Part shown: one piece after another, positions 47,179 to 57,406 of the stretch | Position numbering within the stretch: position 1 is the stretch's first letter | How the letters are laid out: each line of letters opens with the position of its first letter | From: a virus | Length of the DNA: 64,000 bases | Reading direction: 5' to 3' (one strand) | Virus record (IMG/VR): IMGVR_UViG_3300026136_000008 | The notes under the pieces: generated by a model | The model's database searches: none | What the model was told of the DNA's origin: nothing | The model's input: the letters and a program-made list of their open reading frames with translations, nothing else | Made by a program: the position numbers and the translations under genes

Positions 47179-47186
47179 TATTTATA
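47179..47186 (-). promoter_or_regulatory. Late promoter TATAAATA
   Basis: Exact consensus 5 nt before the radical SAM ATG. Confidence 0.78.
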
Positions 47187-47206
47187 AGGGCTCCGAAGAG
47201 CCCTTA
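47185..47206 (-). terminator. C(UUCG)G hairpin after the tail fibre gene (terminator or 3' stabiliser)
   Basis: TAAGGGCTC-TTCG-GAGCCCTTA; weak U-tract. Confidence 0.6.
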
Positions 47207-47218
47207 GAATTTTACTTA

Positions 47219-49510
47219 TTAGTTAAGTAATGAACCTGCAGCGTTGTAGATATCTATACGGTAATGAGAACCGTGTTGACCATCTAGTAAGTCAGCATCT
47301 AAACCTGAAGAAGCACCATCAACTGTCTTAATAGCAGTTAAGATTTCTGCAGCTGTTTGGTCAGCCGTTGCAGAAGCTTCAATACCATTTAGTTTAGTGT
47401 GGTCTGCATCTGTGAATACATTACTGTCCGTCGCTGCTTCAACCGCTGCTCTAATTTCAGCATCAGTTTGGTCAGCTGTAGCAGAAGCTTCTATACCATC
47501 TAGCTTAGTATGATCAGCGTCAGTAAACACATTTGAATCCGAAGCAGCTTCAACCGCTGCACGTATCTCAGCGTTTGTTTGATCAGCTGTTGCACCAGAC
47601 TCAATACCATCTAGCTTACTACCGTCAGTGGCTAAGTCACGTCCGTCAACCGTACCACCAATTGTCAAGTTACCTGATGAAGGATTATACGCTAATCCAG
47701 TATCACTTTCAAGACCTTGTGTACCTGTAGCACCATCAACAAATACTGGATAAACAGTCTCATCAGTAGAGTTATTTGCAGTAATTGTAACAGTAGTTGC
47801 TAAAGTTGCTGTATCAGCATTACCTGTAACTGCACCCGTAACATCACCTTCTAAGTTAGCAACTAAAGTACCAACTGCATAGCCAGTACCAGAAGTATTA
47901 ACTGTTGTAGTAGGCTCAGCTTGGTTGTCTTTAAAGATCTTCCACTTACCTGAATCAGAAGCATCTCTAAAGATACCACCATAAAGGTCTTGTGAACCTG
48001 ATGTATCATACAATCCGTATAGACCAATATCCACTGCATCAGCCGAACCATTGTTGGTAGCTAGTGATAATAGTGGATCAGCAACTTCGATTGTTGTTGA
48101 GCTAACTGAAGTGTTCGTACCAGATACTGTTAGGTTACCAGCAATTGTTACATTATCTGGTAGACCGACTGTGATTGTTCCTGAAGACTCAGCAACTGTA
48201 ACCTCGTTGGCAGTTCCGGCGAAAGTAACTGTACCACCGAGAGCTGTGGCTGTTGAGTTTGAACCATCACTTACAGTAATAGTTGAGTTAGCAAGTTTAG
48301 CGTTAGCAATTGAACCACTTAAGTGTGAGTTATCAACTGAACCTGCAACTAGATGCTCACTATCAATTTGAGCGTCAGCAATCAATGCAGATGTAATTTG
48401 ATCAGCTGCTATATGTGCAGTGTCAATTGAACCATCTACATAGTGCTCTGAGTTAATTGAATCATCAGCAATCTTAGTTCCATCTACCGCATCAGCAGCT
48501 AGACGAGCAGTATCAACCGCACCATCTGCTATCTGAGCTGTGTCAATTGCATCATCTGCCATCAAAGCGTTTGTGATTTGATCTGCAGCAATGTGAGCCG
48601 TGTCGATTGAACCATCAACATAGTGTTCACTATTGATCGAATCATCAGCAATTTCTGCACCAGTAATTACATCAGCACTAATGTTTGTTACACCCGCATT
48701 AGTCATTGTTACATCACCACTTAGTGAAGCAGCAGTAAATCCAGTGCCATCACCAATTAGTATTTGAGTATCTGCAACAGCTTTAGCTGAAAGAACACCA
48801 GAACTATTTGCATCTCTTACTATAACTGTGTTAGCAGCTTGAGAAGCAATCTTTGCTAATGTTACATTTGCATCTTGAATATGTGCTGTGCGTACTGCAT
48901 CATCAATAATAGCATCAGTATTAATAGAGTTTGGAGCTAAATGCTCAGCATCAATTGAATCTGCAACGATATGCTCTGAGTTAATAACATCATCTGCAAT
49001 CAATGAAGCAACAATCTGATCTGCAGCAATATGAGCCGTATCGATAGAACCGGCGGTGATATGCTCTGAGTTAACTGCGTTATCTGCTAGATGAGTACCA
49101 TCAATAACATCTGCGCCTAGTGTTATTACACCACCATCTGTCATTGTAGCATCACCAGACATCACATTGTCGATCCACATTGATGTTCCTGTGTCATATA
49201 ACAACATAGATCCATCGGCGGCAGATGTGATATTTACATCGTTATCTTCGGCAAGAGTATTCTCAGCGCCAATTTGTGCATCAACGTAAGCTTTGACGGA
49301 TTGTTGCGATGGTACCTTCGTGGCAAGGTTAGATGCCATGTTATCTTCGTCAATTAACCAAGAATAACCGGAAGCATCAGATTGTGCTGAAGTTACAATC
49401 GTACCGGCGTCGTCCGGTAGAGTTATTGTTCTATCAGTATTTGAATTAGGAGAAGTTAATGTAAATACACCAGTTCCGCCTGAATCACCCTGAATTTTTA
49501 TCTTTGACAT
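47219..49510 (-). CDS. Tail fibre-like repeat protein
   Basis: Ala/Asp/Thr/Gly-rich; decapeptide IxxxxIDxxH repeats; 37-aa KLDGIE repeats; DADLLDG motif. Confidence 0.8.
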   Translation of the reverse strand: MSKIKIQGDSGGTGVFTLTSPNSNTDRTITLPDDAGTIVTSAQSDASGYSWLIDEDNMASNLATKVPSQQSVKAYVDAQIGAENTLAEDNDVNITSAADGSMLLYDTGTSMWIDNVMSGDATMTDGGVITLGADVIDGTHLADNAVNSEHITAGSIDTAHIAADQIVASLIADDVINSEHIVADSIDAEHLAPNSINTDAIIDDAVRTAHIQDANVTLAKIASQAANTVIVRDANSSGVLSAKAVADTQILIGDGTGFTAASLSGDVTMTNAGVTNISADVITGAEIADDSINSEHYVDGSIDTAHIAADQITNALMADDAIDTAQIADGAVDTARLAADAVDGTKIADDSINSEHYVDGSIDTAHIAADQITSALIADAQIDSEHLVAGSVDNSHLSGSIANAKLANSTITVSDGSNSTATALGGTVTFAGTANEVTVAESSGTITVGLPDNVTIAGNLTVSGTNTSVSSTTIEVADPLLSLATNNGSADAVDIGLYGLYDTSGSQDLYGGIFRDASDSGKWKIFKDNQAEPTTTVNTSGTGYAVGTLVANLEGDVTGAVTGNADTATLATTVTITANNSTDETVYPVFVDGATGTQGLESDTGLAYNPSSGNLTIGGTVDGRDLATDGSKLDGIESGATADQTNAEIRAAVEAASDSNVFTDADHTKLDGIEASATADQTDAEIRAAVEAATDSNVFTDADHTKLNGIEASATADQTAAEILTAIKTVDGASSGLDADLLDGQHGSHYRIDIYNAAGSLLN
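47345..47620 (-). repeat. 111-bp (37-aa) tandem repeat, about 2.5 copies
   Basis: KLDGIExxATADQTxAEIRAAVEAAxDSNVFTDADHT repeated. Confidence 0.8.
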
Positions 49511-49527
49511 TTATCGTCTCCTAAAAA

Positions 49528-52500
49528 TTAAACCACTACCCAAGTAGATCCGCTAGGGACCGTCACTGAATAGCCTGAGTTAATGGTTATTGGTCCAGCA
49601 GTTAACGCGTTGTTACCAGAAGTTATTTCATAATCTTCTGCAACTGTATAACTGTGTTCCCACATAACCTTTCCTGTAGTGTTTCCACCACCAACTAATC
49701 CCCACTCACTTCCATCATAGATTTCCGCACTTGAAGTTGTTGTATTCCATCTAAAGAAACCAGCACTTGGAGATCCATCTCTCTGTGCTGTAGTTCCTGA
49801 AGGTATCTTCGCAGATGCGTTAGCACCTGATTCCATTACCGCGCCAGCAGCTTCTACATTTGTAGCATCCGTGACATCTGCTAATGCTTCAATACCACCT
49901 AGTTTTGCTAGTGCAGCATCTGTAAAGTCATTAGTACTTTTAACGTGTGTTGTACCATTATCAATATCATCTAATGTACCGCCCATTTCTGATAAATGAT
50001 CTTGTGTTGCATCAGCGGCAGTATATGCAGTTGTAATTGCAGCTTCACGTGCATCTACATATGCTTTAATTGATTGTTGTGTTGCTAATTTAGTAGCAGA
50101 ATCTGACGCCATATTATCTTCATCAACAACAAATCCCATTCCAGAAGTTGTTGTATCTGATAACATAACTGCACCAGCAGCATTAACATTTGTTGCATCT
50201 GTTACATCAGCATTAGCTTCGATATTTGCTAGCTTAGTAAATTGCGCATCTGTAAAGGCTGAGGTTTCTGCCTCATATAATGCTTTAATCTCAGCACCAG
50301 TTTGGTCTGCGGTTGCAGCAGATTCAATGCCATCTAGTTTTGTACCATCTGCAGCAACATCACGTCCGTCAACCGTACCACCTACTGTTATATTACCAGT
50401 AAGACTTGCAGTTGCACCTTCAAGGTTAGCAACCATAGTACCAGTTGTAATTGTTAAGTTACCGGTTGAAGCACCTGTAAATGATCCTGTACCAACTATA
50501 AATTTATCTGCACTCTCATCAAATCCGATAAAGGCATTATCTGATGAACCACGTTCAAATACTAAACCTAAATCACCTGATGGTGAACCAGTTTGACCAT
50601 TACCAAGTTCGATTAACTTATCAGTAATAACAGTGTTTGTCGAAGCGGCTGTTGTTGTAGTACCATTAACTGTAAGGTTACCACTAACAACTACATCATC
50701 AAACGTTACATCAGCATCGGTAGCAACTGATTGTCCAATAGATATTGCACCACCTGAATATGTAACACCCGTGCCAGCACTTAAATGAGCCCGTACTTCA
50801 GCAGCACTTGGCCCTGTATATGTAATAACACCAGTAGAATTATTGTAAGCTAATGAACCATCACCTCCAGAATCAGTAACACTAATATGTGCTCTGGCTT
50901 CTGCAGCACTTGGACCAGTATAAGTTATTACACCGGTAGAATTATTATAAGCTAATGAACCATCACCACCAGCATCGGTAACACTTACCTTACCTCTAAT
51001 AACAGCATCTGTAATTGATAGATCTATTGCACCATCACCATTATCATCATATGTTGCTGTGATATTTGTGTGTGAACCATTAGTAGCAATTTGAGCACCT
51101 GCAGCATCTTGTGCTCTCTCGTCTGTGAAGTATAAGTTAGCTGAACCTTCACTAAGGTCATCTGTATCGTTAGCAGCTAGATCATAACCACTTGCACCCG
51201 TTGTTGCTGATATTGTTAATCTATTATTAGCATCATCATATGTTGCAGTTACGTTTGTACCACCAACAATCAATGCACTTACACGATCATCAACTCTTTC
51301 CTCTGTGTAGTATAAGTTATTTGAACCCTCAGCAGTTTCGTCTGTAGTTTGTGCATCAACATATGCCTTAATAGATTGTTGAGTAGCAAGATGAGTAGCA
51401 CTATTTGATGACATATCATCTTCATCTTTAACTGCTGAACCACTAACACCCGTATTTAATACTGGTGAAGTTACTGTTGGACTAGTTAATGTCTTATTAG
51501 TTAATGTCTGTGTGCCTGTTAATGTAGTAACTGTTGAGTCGATAGCAAATGTAACAGCGTTTCCAGAGCCTGATGTATCAATACCTGTACCACCAGTAAA
51601 TGTTAATGCTTCACTATCTAAATCAATTGATAATGAACCACCGCTGTCGGCAGCAAAGTCTAAGTCTTGAGCAGTAACTTGAGAGTCTACATAAGCTTTA
51701 ATTGATTGCTGTGTTGCTAGTTGAGTAGCAGAATCACTAGACATATCATCTTCATCTAATATAGCTGTACCACTTACTCCTGTATTTAGAACAGGTGAAG
51801 TTAATGTTTTATTTGTTAATGTTTGTGAAGCTGTATTTAAAGTAATAGCACTCGTATTAGATAAATCAGTTGAAGCAATTGTAATATCAGCAGAACCATT
51901 AAAGCTTTGACCCGCAATTGTTCTTGCAGTTGCTAATGTAGTTGCTGTATCTGCATTTCCAGTTACGTCACCTGTTACATCACCTGTTAAATCACCAACA
52001 AATGCTGTTGATGTAATACTTGTAGCACCCGTAACTACACCTGCATCAACATTAATTGCACCATCTAATACAATTTGTTGTCCAGCGAGTGGAGTAATAT
52101 TTAAATCTGTACCCGCAGTAGATGAAATAGTATTTCCATTAATGTTAATATTATCAACATCTAACGCTGTTAATGTACCTAATGAAGTAATAGCAGTTTG
52201 TGCAGCACCTGTAACTGTAGCTGCTGTACCAGATACATTTCCTGTTACATCACCTGTAACATCACCCGTTAAATCACCAGTTACATTACCTTCAAGGTTA
52301 GCAACTAATGTACCAGTCGTATGGCCAGTAGCACTTACATTAACTGTAGTAGTTGGTTCGGCTTGTGAATCCTTATATAGTTTCCACTTACCAGAATCTG
52401 ATGCATCTCTAAATAGACCTGAGTATAAATCTTGTGAACCGCTTGTATCATATAAACCATAGAAACCTATGTCAACTGCATCTGCAGAATCATTATTTGT

Positions 52501-53745
52501 AGCTAATGATAACATTGGATCTGCAACATTAACAGTAGTCGATGAAACAGTTGTTTGTGTTCCTGATACTGTTAAGTTACCACCAATCGTAACGTTTCCA
52601 TTAATACTAGCAATAGTAGGATTGGTTAGTGTTTTATTCGTTAATGTTTGTGTACCTGTTAATGTAGCAACAGTAGAATCAATAGCAATCGAGATGTCAT
52701 TATCAGATACTGTTGTATCAATACCTGTTCCACCAGTAAAGTTTAATGTATCAGTGGCAAGAGCTACTGTATCATCAGAACCTGAATCAGCTCCAACCGT
52801 TAATGATGTTGTAATAGACGCAGTACTCGCTGCTGTAATTAAACCTTTAGCATTAACCGTAATAACTGGAATTGCTGTTGTAGAACCAAATGAACCTACG
52901 TTTGAATTAACTGTAGCAAGAGTAATTGCACCTGTATCAGCTAGAGTAGCATCGCCTGACATGACATTATCAATCCAAACAGAATTACCAGTGTCATATA
53001 ATAACATTGAACCATCTGCTGGAGATGTTATAGTTGTATCGGCTAATTCACTTAATGCATCGGCTGTATCTACTTGAGCATCAACATATGCTTTAATTGA
53101 TTGCTGCGTAGCAAGATGAGTAGCTGAATCACTAGCCATATCATCTTCATCTTTAATTGCAGTACCAGAAATTCCTGTATTTAATACTGGACTTGTTAAT
53201 GTTTTATTTGTTAATGTTTGGGAGCCCGTTAATGTTGTAACAGTGGAATCAATAGAGGCAGTAATGCTATTACCACTACCTACAGTGTCGATACCTGTAC
53301 CACCTGCGATTGTAAGTGACTCTGAATCTAGGTCAATGCTTAATGCACCACCTGAATCACCTTGAAAATCTAGGTCTTGGGCAGTTACTTGTGCATCCAC
53401 ATAAGCTTTAATTGATTGTTGTGTAGCTAAATGTGTTGCTGAATCTGTTGATAAATCGTCTTCATCTAATACTGGAACTACAAAATCAAGTGTTCCATCT
53501 GAGTCATCATAGGTTACTGAGATAAATGTTTCAGTATTTGAGGTGACCATTGCACCTACTAAATCCTCTACATTCTCAATATTTTGTGTGAATTGTGGTA
53601 ATGAATTCCAAGCAGTTGAACCATCACCCATTTTAATAAAGTTATTAGTTTGGTCAAGCCCCATCTCACCAGCGGCAAGGGTTGGGTTATTAGACGACCA
53701 ATTGGCCGCTGTATCTCTTCTTATCTTAAATATTGTTCCTGCCAT
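49528..53745 (-). CDS. Long tail fibre-like protein with an Mtd-N-type N-terminal domain
   Basis: IRRDTAANWSSNNPTLAAGEMG...KMGDGSTAWNSLP; five DEDDMxSDSATxLATQQSIKAYVD modules; QTLTNKTLT repeats. Confidence 0.85.
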   Translation of the reverse strand: MAGTIFKIRRDTAANWSSNNPTLAAGEMGLDQTNNFIKMGDGSTAWNSLPQFTQNIENVEDLVGAMVTSNTETFISVTYDDSDGTLDFVVPVLDEDDLSTDSATHLATQQSIKAYVDAQVTAQDLDFQGDSGGALSIDLDSESLTIAGGTGIDTVGSGNSITASIDSTVTTLTGSQTLTNKTLTSPVLNTGISGTAIKDEDDMASDSATHLATQQSIKAYVDAQVDTADALSELADTTITSPADGSMLLYDTGNSVWIDNVMSGDATLADTGAITLATVNSNVGSFGSTTAIPVITVNAKGLITAASTASITTSLTVGADSGSDDTVALATDTLNFTGGTGIDTTVSDNDISIAIDSTVATLTGTQTLTNKTLTNPTIASINGNVTIGGNLTVSGTQTTVSSTTVNVADPMLSLATNNDSADAVDIGFYGLYDTSGSQDLYSGLFRDASDSGKWKLYKDSQAEPTTTVNVSATGHTTGTLVANLEGNVTGDLTGDVTGDVTGNVSGTAATVTGAAQTAITSLGTLTALDVDNININGNTISSTAGTDLNITPLAGQQIVLDGAINVDAGVVTGATSITSTAFVGDLTGDVTGDVTGNADTATTLATARTIAGQSFNGSADITIASTDLSNTSAITLNTASQTLTNKTLTSPVLNTGVSGTAILDEDDMSSDSATQLATQQSIKAYVDSQVTAQDLDFAADSGGSLSIDLDSEALTFTGGTGIDTSGSGNAVTFAIDSTVTTLTGTQTLTNKTLTSPTVTSPVLNTGVSGSAVKDEDDMSSNSATHLATQQSIKAYVDAQTTDETAEGSNNLYYTEERVDDRVSALIVGGTNVTATYDDANNRLTISATTGASGYDLAANDTDDLSEGSANLYFTDERAQDAAGAQIATNGSHTNITATYDDNGDGAIDLSITDAVIRGKVSVTDAGGDGSLAYNNSTGVITYTGPSAAEARAHISVTDSGGDGSLAYNNSTGVITYTGPSAAEVRAHLSAGTGVTYSGGAISIGQSVATDADVTFDDVVVSGNLTVNGTTTTAASTNTVITDKLIELGNGQTGSPSGDLGLVFERGSSDNAFIGFDESADKFIVGTGSFTGASTGNLTITTGTMVANLEGATASLTGNITVGGTVDGRDVAADGTKLDGIESAATADQTGAEIKALYEAETSAFTDAQFTKLANIEANADVTDATNVNAAGAVMLSDTTTSGMGFVVDEDNMASDSATKLATQQSIKAYVDAREAAITTAYTAADATQDHLSEMGGTLDDIDNGTTHVKSTNDFTDAALAKLGGIEALADVTDATNVEAAGAVMESGANASAKIPSGTTAQRDGSPSAGFFRWNTTTSSAEIYDGSEWGLVGGGNTTGKVMWEHSYTVAEDYEITSGNNALTAGPITINSGYSVTVPSGSTWVVV
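50780..50990 (-). repeat. Tandem ~34-aa duplication within the fibre gene
   Basis: SVTDxGGDGSLAYNNSTGVITYTGPSAAExRAH twice. Confidence 0.8.
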
Positions 53746-53749
53746 TTAG

Positions 53750-54016
53750 TTACGCTCCCCCGCCATCATAGCTGTTAAAAGGTGATGCCATTAATGCTTC
53801 TCCAGAAGTTCCTGCATCAATAAAAACATCGCCGTTAGAATCACCCATATCAAATACCTGTTGTGTTGTCACTTGAAAGATATTTCCATTTCCGTCTTTT
53901 GAATACAATGCATGGTCGGCTGTGTTAAGGGCTAACTCGCCTTGCTGGAGGTCGCTTGCTGATGGTTTCTTACCAGCAACCGCCGATTGCTTGATTTTTA
54001 CTATTGTTCCTGCCAT
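53750..54016 (-). CDS. Short tail-fibre adaptor-like protein
   Basis: MAGTIVKIKQS...LQQGELALNTAD..LY fibre N-terminal module; ends in DGGGA. Confidence 0.7.
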   Translation of the reverse strand: MAGTIVKIKQSAVAGKKPSASDLQQGELALNTADHALYSKDGNGNIFQVTTQQVFDMGDSNGDVFIDAGTSGEALMASPFNSYDGGGA

Positions 54017-54065
54017 ATCTATGTGCTCAAATTGTAATGTAGTGATTATATAACCACTATGTTCT

Positions 54066-54073
54066 TATTTATA
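54066..54073 (-). promoter_or_regulatory. Late promoter TATAAATA (second copy at 54103-54110)
   Basis: Exact consensus upstream of the fibre genes. Confidence 0.72.
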
Positions 54074-54105
54074 ACAACCGAATATTCAGCTGTATATACC
54101 TTTAT

Positions 54106-54777
54106 TTATAATCCGCCTTGTCCGTTAAGCAAACAGATTGCAGCGCTTTCTAAAAAATAAGGCTCATCGGGAGGGTTATACCAAGACTCTTCTTTAATCC
54201 CATAGTATCTTGAATAGATTCTTCCTTGCTTCCAGTAATTAGAAGGAGCAAAGCCTTCACAATATATAAAGCCATCTATTCCAGGATAGGTTATCATATA
54301 GTCATCGGGATTTTCCCAGAAATGTTCCCATATATGATAGTTCTCATCATTCCAAAATACCATTACACTTGAGTTTATATCATGATCTCTTATTGTTCGA
54401 CCTTCGAATACCCAATCAGATCTTAATTGTTCTATAGGTTTCCAATAACATTTAACCATTGTAAACTCGTGTGCCATATAGATTTCATCTAATCTACCTT
54501 GTATAACAACATCTAAGTCTAGATATAACCATTTACCTTCAGGTAATATGCCAGGCTTAAACAACATAAGCTTATTCCATACACCGTGCAGATCCATATC
54601 AATCAACGGTATCCAATGAATATGTGGATGTAACCCTATTGAATCATCGGTATAACAATAGAATTGTATAGAGTTCTCGTGTTCACCCCATTGCAATTGA
54701 TTTCGAATACTATAATATAGCTTATTGACATCATCGGCACTATATTTGTCACCCCATTTTACTGTTACAATGTTAAT
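54106..54777 (-). CDS. Glycosyltransferase (GT-A, DxD), probable ATT start codon
   Basis: In-frame upstream extension NIVTVKWGDKYSADDVNKLY matches the paralog at 35046; YLDLDVVI, INSS. Confidence 0.78.
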   Translation of the reverse strand: MNIVTVKWGDKYSADDVNKLYYSIRNQLQWGEHENSIQFYCYTDDSIGLHPHIHWIPLIDMDLHGVWNKLMLFKPGILPEGKWLYLDLDVVIQGRLDEIYMAHEFTMVKCYWKPIEQLRSDWVFEGRTIRDHDINSSVMVFWNDENYHIWEHFWENPDDYMITYPGIDGFIYCEGFAPSNYWKQGRIYSRYYGIKEESWYNPPDEPYFLESAAICLLNGQGGL

Positions 54778-56087
54778 GGTACTCTCCTTGGAAATAATTT
54801 TACTTTTGCTAATGCTTTTAAACTTTTATCATGCCAGTTATTCCAATACATAATATAATTATCTGGATCAATATCTATACCATTATTTATTAAATAATCT
54901 GGGTTATATAACTTATCAAATGTTACTTGTATTATTCCCATGTGATCTCGAACCTTATGATTCTTTTCCCAAAAATCAATAGTGACTCTTCTTGCTCTAT
55001 CAGAATCTGGCCAATTCATATCGTGTGGACTTATTTTATCGCCCATTGCTTTATGAACTTTTTCTAAATCTTGTTCTTTCATCTCAAGTCTTTTTACATT
55101 AACTTCATCATTCTTAAAATATGATATTGATATCCTCGGCCAAAATTTAGATACCATAACACCATAAACTATATTATTTAATGTGATACAATCCATTTGT
55201 TCTATGTTTACACCAAAGTTATTATGCTGACCTATTATATCTAAAGTCCTATAATACAGGGGAATAGTATCATCATCTAAAATTGGAGCAAGGTACCTAC
55301 AATATCTATCTATATTTTCTTCAGTAGTATATTCTGGTTCCCAATCTTTTTCAAGATAATACGCATTACTTTTCTCGCCCCAAATACCAGTAATTCCTTT
55401 TTGATATCTCCAATCAGCAACACGAATTGCTTCTAGCTTACGTTCATATTCCCATTCAGGTTGAAGGTATACTTTCATAGTTTCTAACATTTGAATGTAT
55501 TCTTGATAGTCACCGCCACTAATAGAAAAATATTTTCCTTTTGGACCCCAACACATTGTAAGAGGAGTAATTCCGTGTGTTCGTATTAGATACGGTTTAT
55601 CTTGATTTGCAAATGCATCTCGTATTTCAGATAATGCATCATCCATAATTTGTGGTCTTTCACTATCTGGATCTTCTCTATTTTTTATATGATCGTATAA
55701 TAATCCAAATGGATTTTCAAGAGTCTCTTCAGGTATTATAGGTATATTCTCATACTCTGGTACCCAACAATGAGAAGTATAAAGATTATCAACACCGTCA
55801 AGTACAAATACATCTGCAAACAAAAAATCAAAAAAGGTTTTTTGCCTATGTGAACTAGGATTTAATGCAACATCATTACCTTTTGAGCCATCAATCATAG
55901 CCATAAGATTTTCAGGTATTAAGTTTTGGTCATAAGACATTTTAATAACTTCTTTATTAAAAAATAAATCGGTCTCTTGTGTTAACCAATTACATAAACC
56001 TTCACCACCTGCTCCACCCTGATATGATATGACTACAAACTTATGTGCATTCTCTTCACACCATTTTATAAATTTATTTTTATTCAC
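54765..56087 (-). CDS. Hypothetical protein (possible P-loop/sulfotransferase-like N-terminus)
   Basis: VISYQGGAGGEGL and LIRTH; the functional call is weak. Confidence 0.5.
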   Translation of the reverse strand: MNKNKFIKWCEENAHKFVVISYQGGAGGEGLCNWLTQETDLFFNKEVIKMSYDQNLIPENLMAMIDGSKGNDVALNPSSHRQKTFFDFLFADVFVLDGVDNLYTSHCWVPEYENIPIIPEETLENPFGLLYDHIKNREDPDSERPQIMDDALSEIRDAFANQDKPYLIRTHGITPLTMCWGPKGKYFSISGGDYQEYIQMLETMKVYLQPEWEYERKLEAIRVADWRYQKGITGIWGEKSNAYYLEKDWEPEYTTEENIDRYCRYLAPILDDDTIPLYYRTLDIIGQHNNFGVNIEQMDCITLNNIVYGVMVSKFWPRISISYFKNDEVNVKRLEMKEQDLEKVHKAMGDKISPHDMNWPDSDRARRVTIDFWEKNHKVRDHMGIIQVTFDKLYNPDYLINNGIDIDPDNYIMYWNNWHDKSLKALAKVKLFPRRVPLTL

Positions 56088-56706
56088 TTTCTATTTCTTC
56101 TACGAGTTGATCTCTCATTGTTTCATTACGCATATAGAATGCTATACTCCATCTTGGTTCATTAGTCATAGCACAATGAAATGTTGATTCTTGACCTGGT
56201 CCATACCAACCAGTTTTGCAAGTCCAGCCTGGTCTATCTTTAATAGTATGTATCTTACCAGTTTTCCAATCACGATATCTATAAAAGGCATCACCGCCTT
56301 TACTCCAATTAAATAATACTGTATAACCTGGAGCATCACGATTATCATGCCAACCTATATATCCATCTTCAGGATAATAGCAGAATAATGCATTTTGTTG
56401 TGCACCTAATTCCTGTGCAAAAGTAAAGCTTACATCTTTCATTAAATCCTGCCAGTCTTTTGCTATATTATAATTATTACATAAATCAAATAACTTCGCT
56501 ATTTCAGGCGGACCTCTAAATTCTTTTTTCTTAGTTTTCTCAAGAATATAATTTAAATATTCTTTGGATGTTGCATAGTGTTTATGTTTATCACCACGTT
56601 GTTTTATTCGGCGCTGGATGTATCCTATATCCATACTATTAATAGTATCAATAAACCCATCAAGTCTTTCTAATATCTCTTTATTTTTAATTAATACTTC
56701 GCGCAT
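56080..56706 (-). CDS. Fe(II)/2OG oxygenase-like protein
   Basis: YYPEDGYIGWHDN...FHCAMTNEPRWSIAF. Confidence 0.65.
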   Translation of the reverse strand: MREVLIKNKEILERLDGFIDTINSMDIGYIQRRIKQRGDKHKHYATSKEYLNYILEKTKKKEFRGPPEIAKLFDLCNNYNIAKDWQDLMKDVSFTFAQELGAQQNALFCYYPEDGYIGWHDNRDAPGYTVLFNWSKGGDAFYRYRDWKTGKIHTIKDRPGWTCKTGWYGPGQESTFHCAMTNEPRWSIAFYMRNETMRDQLVEEIESE

Positions 56707-57406
56707 CTGCTGGTTTTTTTAATGGTAATGTATAATGCCATACTACTATTGGTCCTTTGCATTCATCTTCTTTATATATGTAAACAAAATTCCATCTTGC
56801 ATCATCTTCGTATATACTTATATCTAAATCAGAATACGTATTTTCAGTTAACCACCATAATGTTAATTGATCCCAATTTACTAATCTCTCTTTTGGTTGT
56901 ACACCTTCGGGCCACCAAGAGCCATCACGTTGTTTATTATAGTATTTCCACCAGTCATCCATAAATTCTAATACACGTGGTGTTGACTTATAACCGAATA
57001 CACCACCATGAAGAACCATTTCACCTCCAATAAATTTAGCTATCTTACCTGCGTATGGTCTTATGTTAGTAAATACTAAATCGGAATCGAAGTCAAACAT
57101 CTTAGATACATCTTCATGTTGCACAAATGTATCAGCATCTAAGTATACAGTTTTATCAAATGGGGTTTTAGAGAGGCAAGCCAACTTGGCTCGAACATGA
57201 TTAGGACAATCATCAACCATATAGAGATCATCACAGCGTGGATCAGATTTTGTCCATTGTTCATGAGCGAATAAGGCTATATTTGCCTCTGGCATATAAT
57301 CTAATAAGGAGTCAATAAGCATATGAGCTGCCTCATAATACTCATAAAACTGACTTGCTACAATTATAAAACCGTTAGGCTTTTGGTTTTTCTGCTTCCT
57401 TACCAT
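56687..57406 (-). CDS. Glycosyltransferase (GT8-like, DxD)
   Basis: TPFDKTVYLDADT, HGGVF, WDQ, ARWN, VWHY. Confidence 0.78.
   Translation of the reverse strand: MVRKQKNQKPNGFIIVASQFYEYYEAAHMLIDSLLDYMPEANIALFAHEQWTKSDPRCDDLYMVDDCPNHVRAKLACLSKTPFDKTVYLDADTFVQHEDVSKMFDFDSDLVFTNIRPYAGKIAKFIGGEMVLHGGVFGYKSTPRVLEFMDDWWKYYNKQRDGSWWPEGVQPKERLVNWDQLTLWWLTENTYSDLDISIYEDDARWNFVYIYKEDECKGPIVVWHYTLPLKKPADARSIN

Noticed and set aside
49528-53745. Diversity-generating retroelement suggested by the Mtd-like N-terminal domain
   Set aside because: No reverse transcriptase and no template/variable repeat pair with adenine-specific mismatches was seen; the duplicated blocks look like ordinary diverged modules
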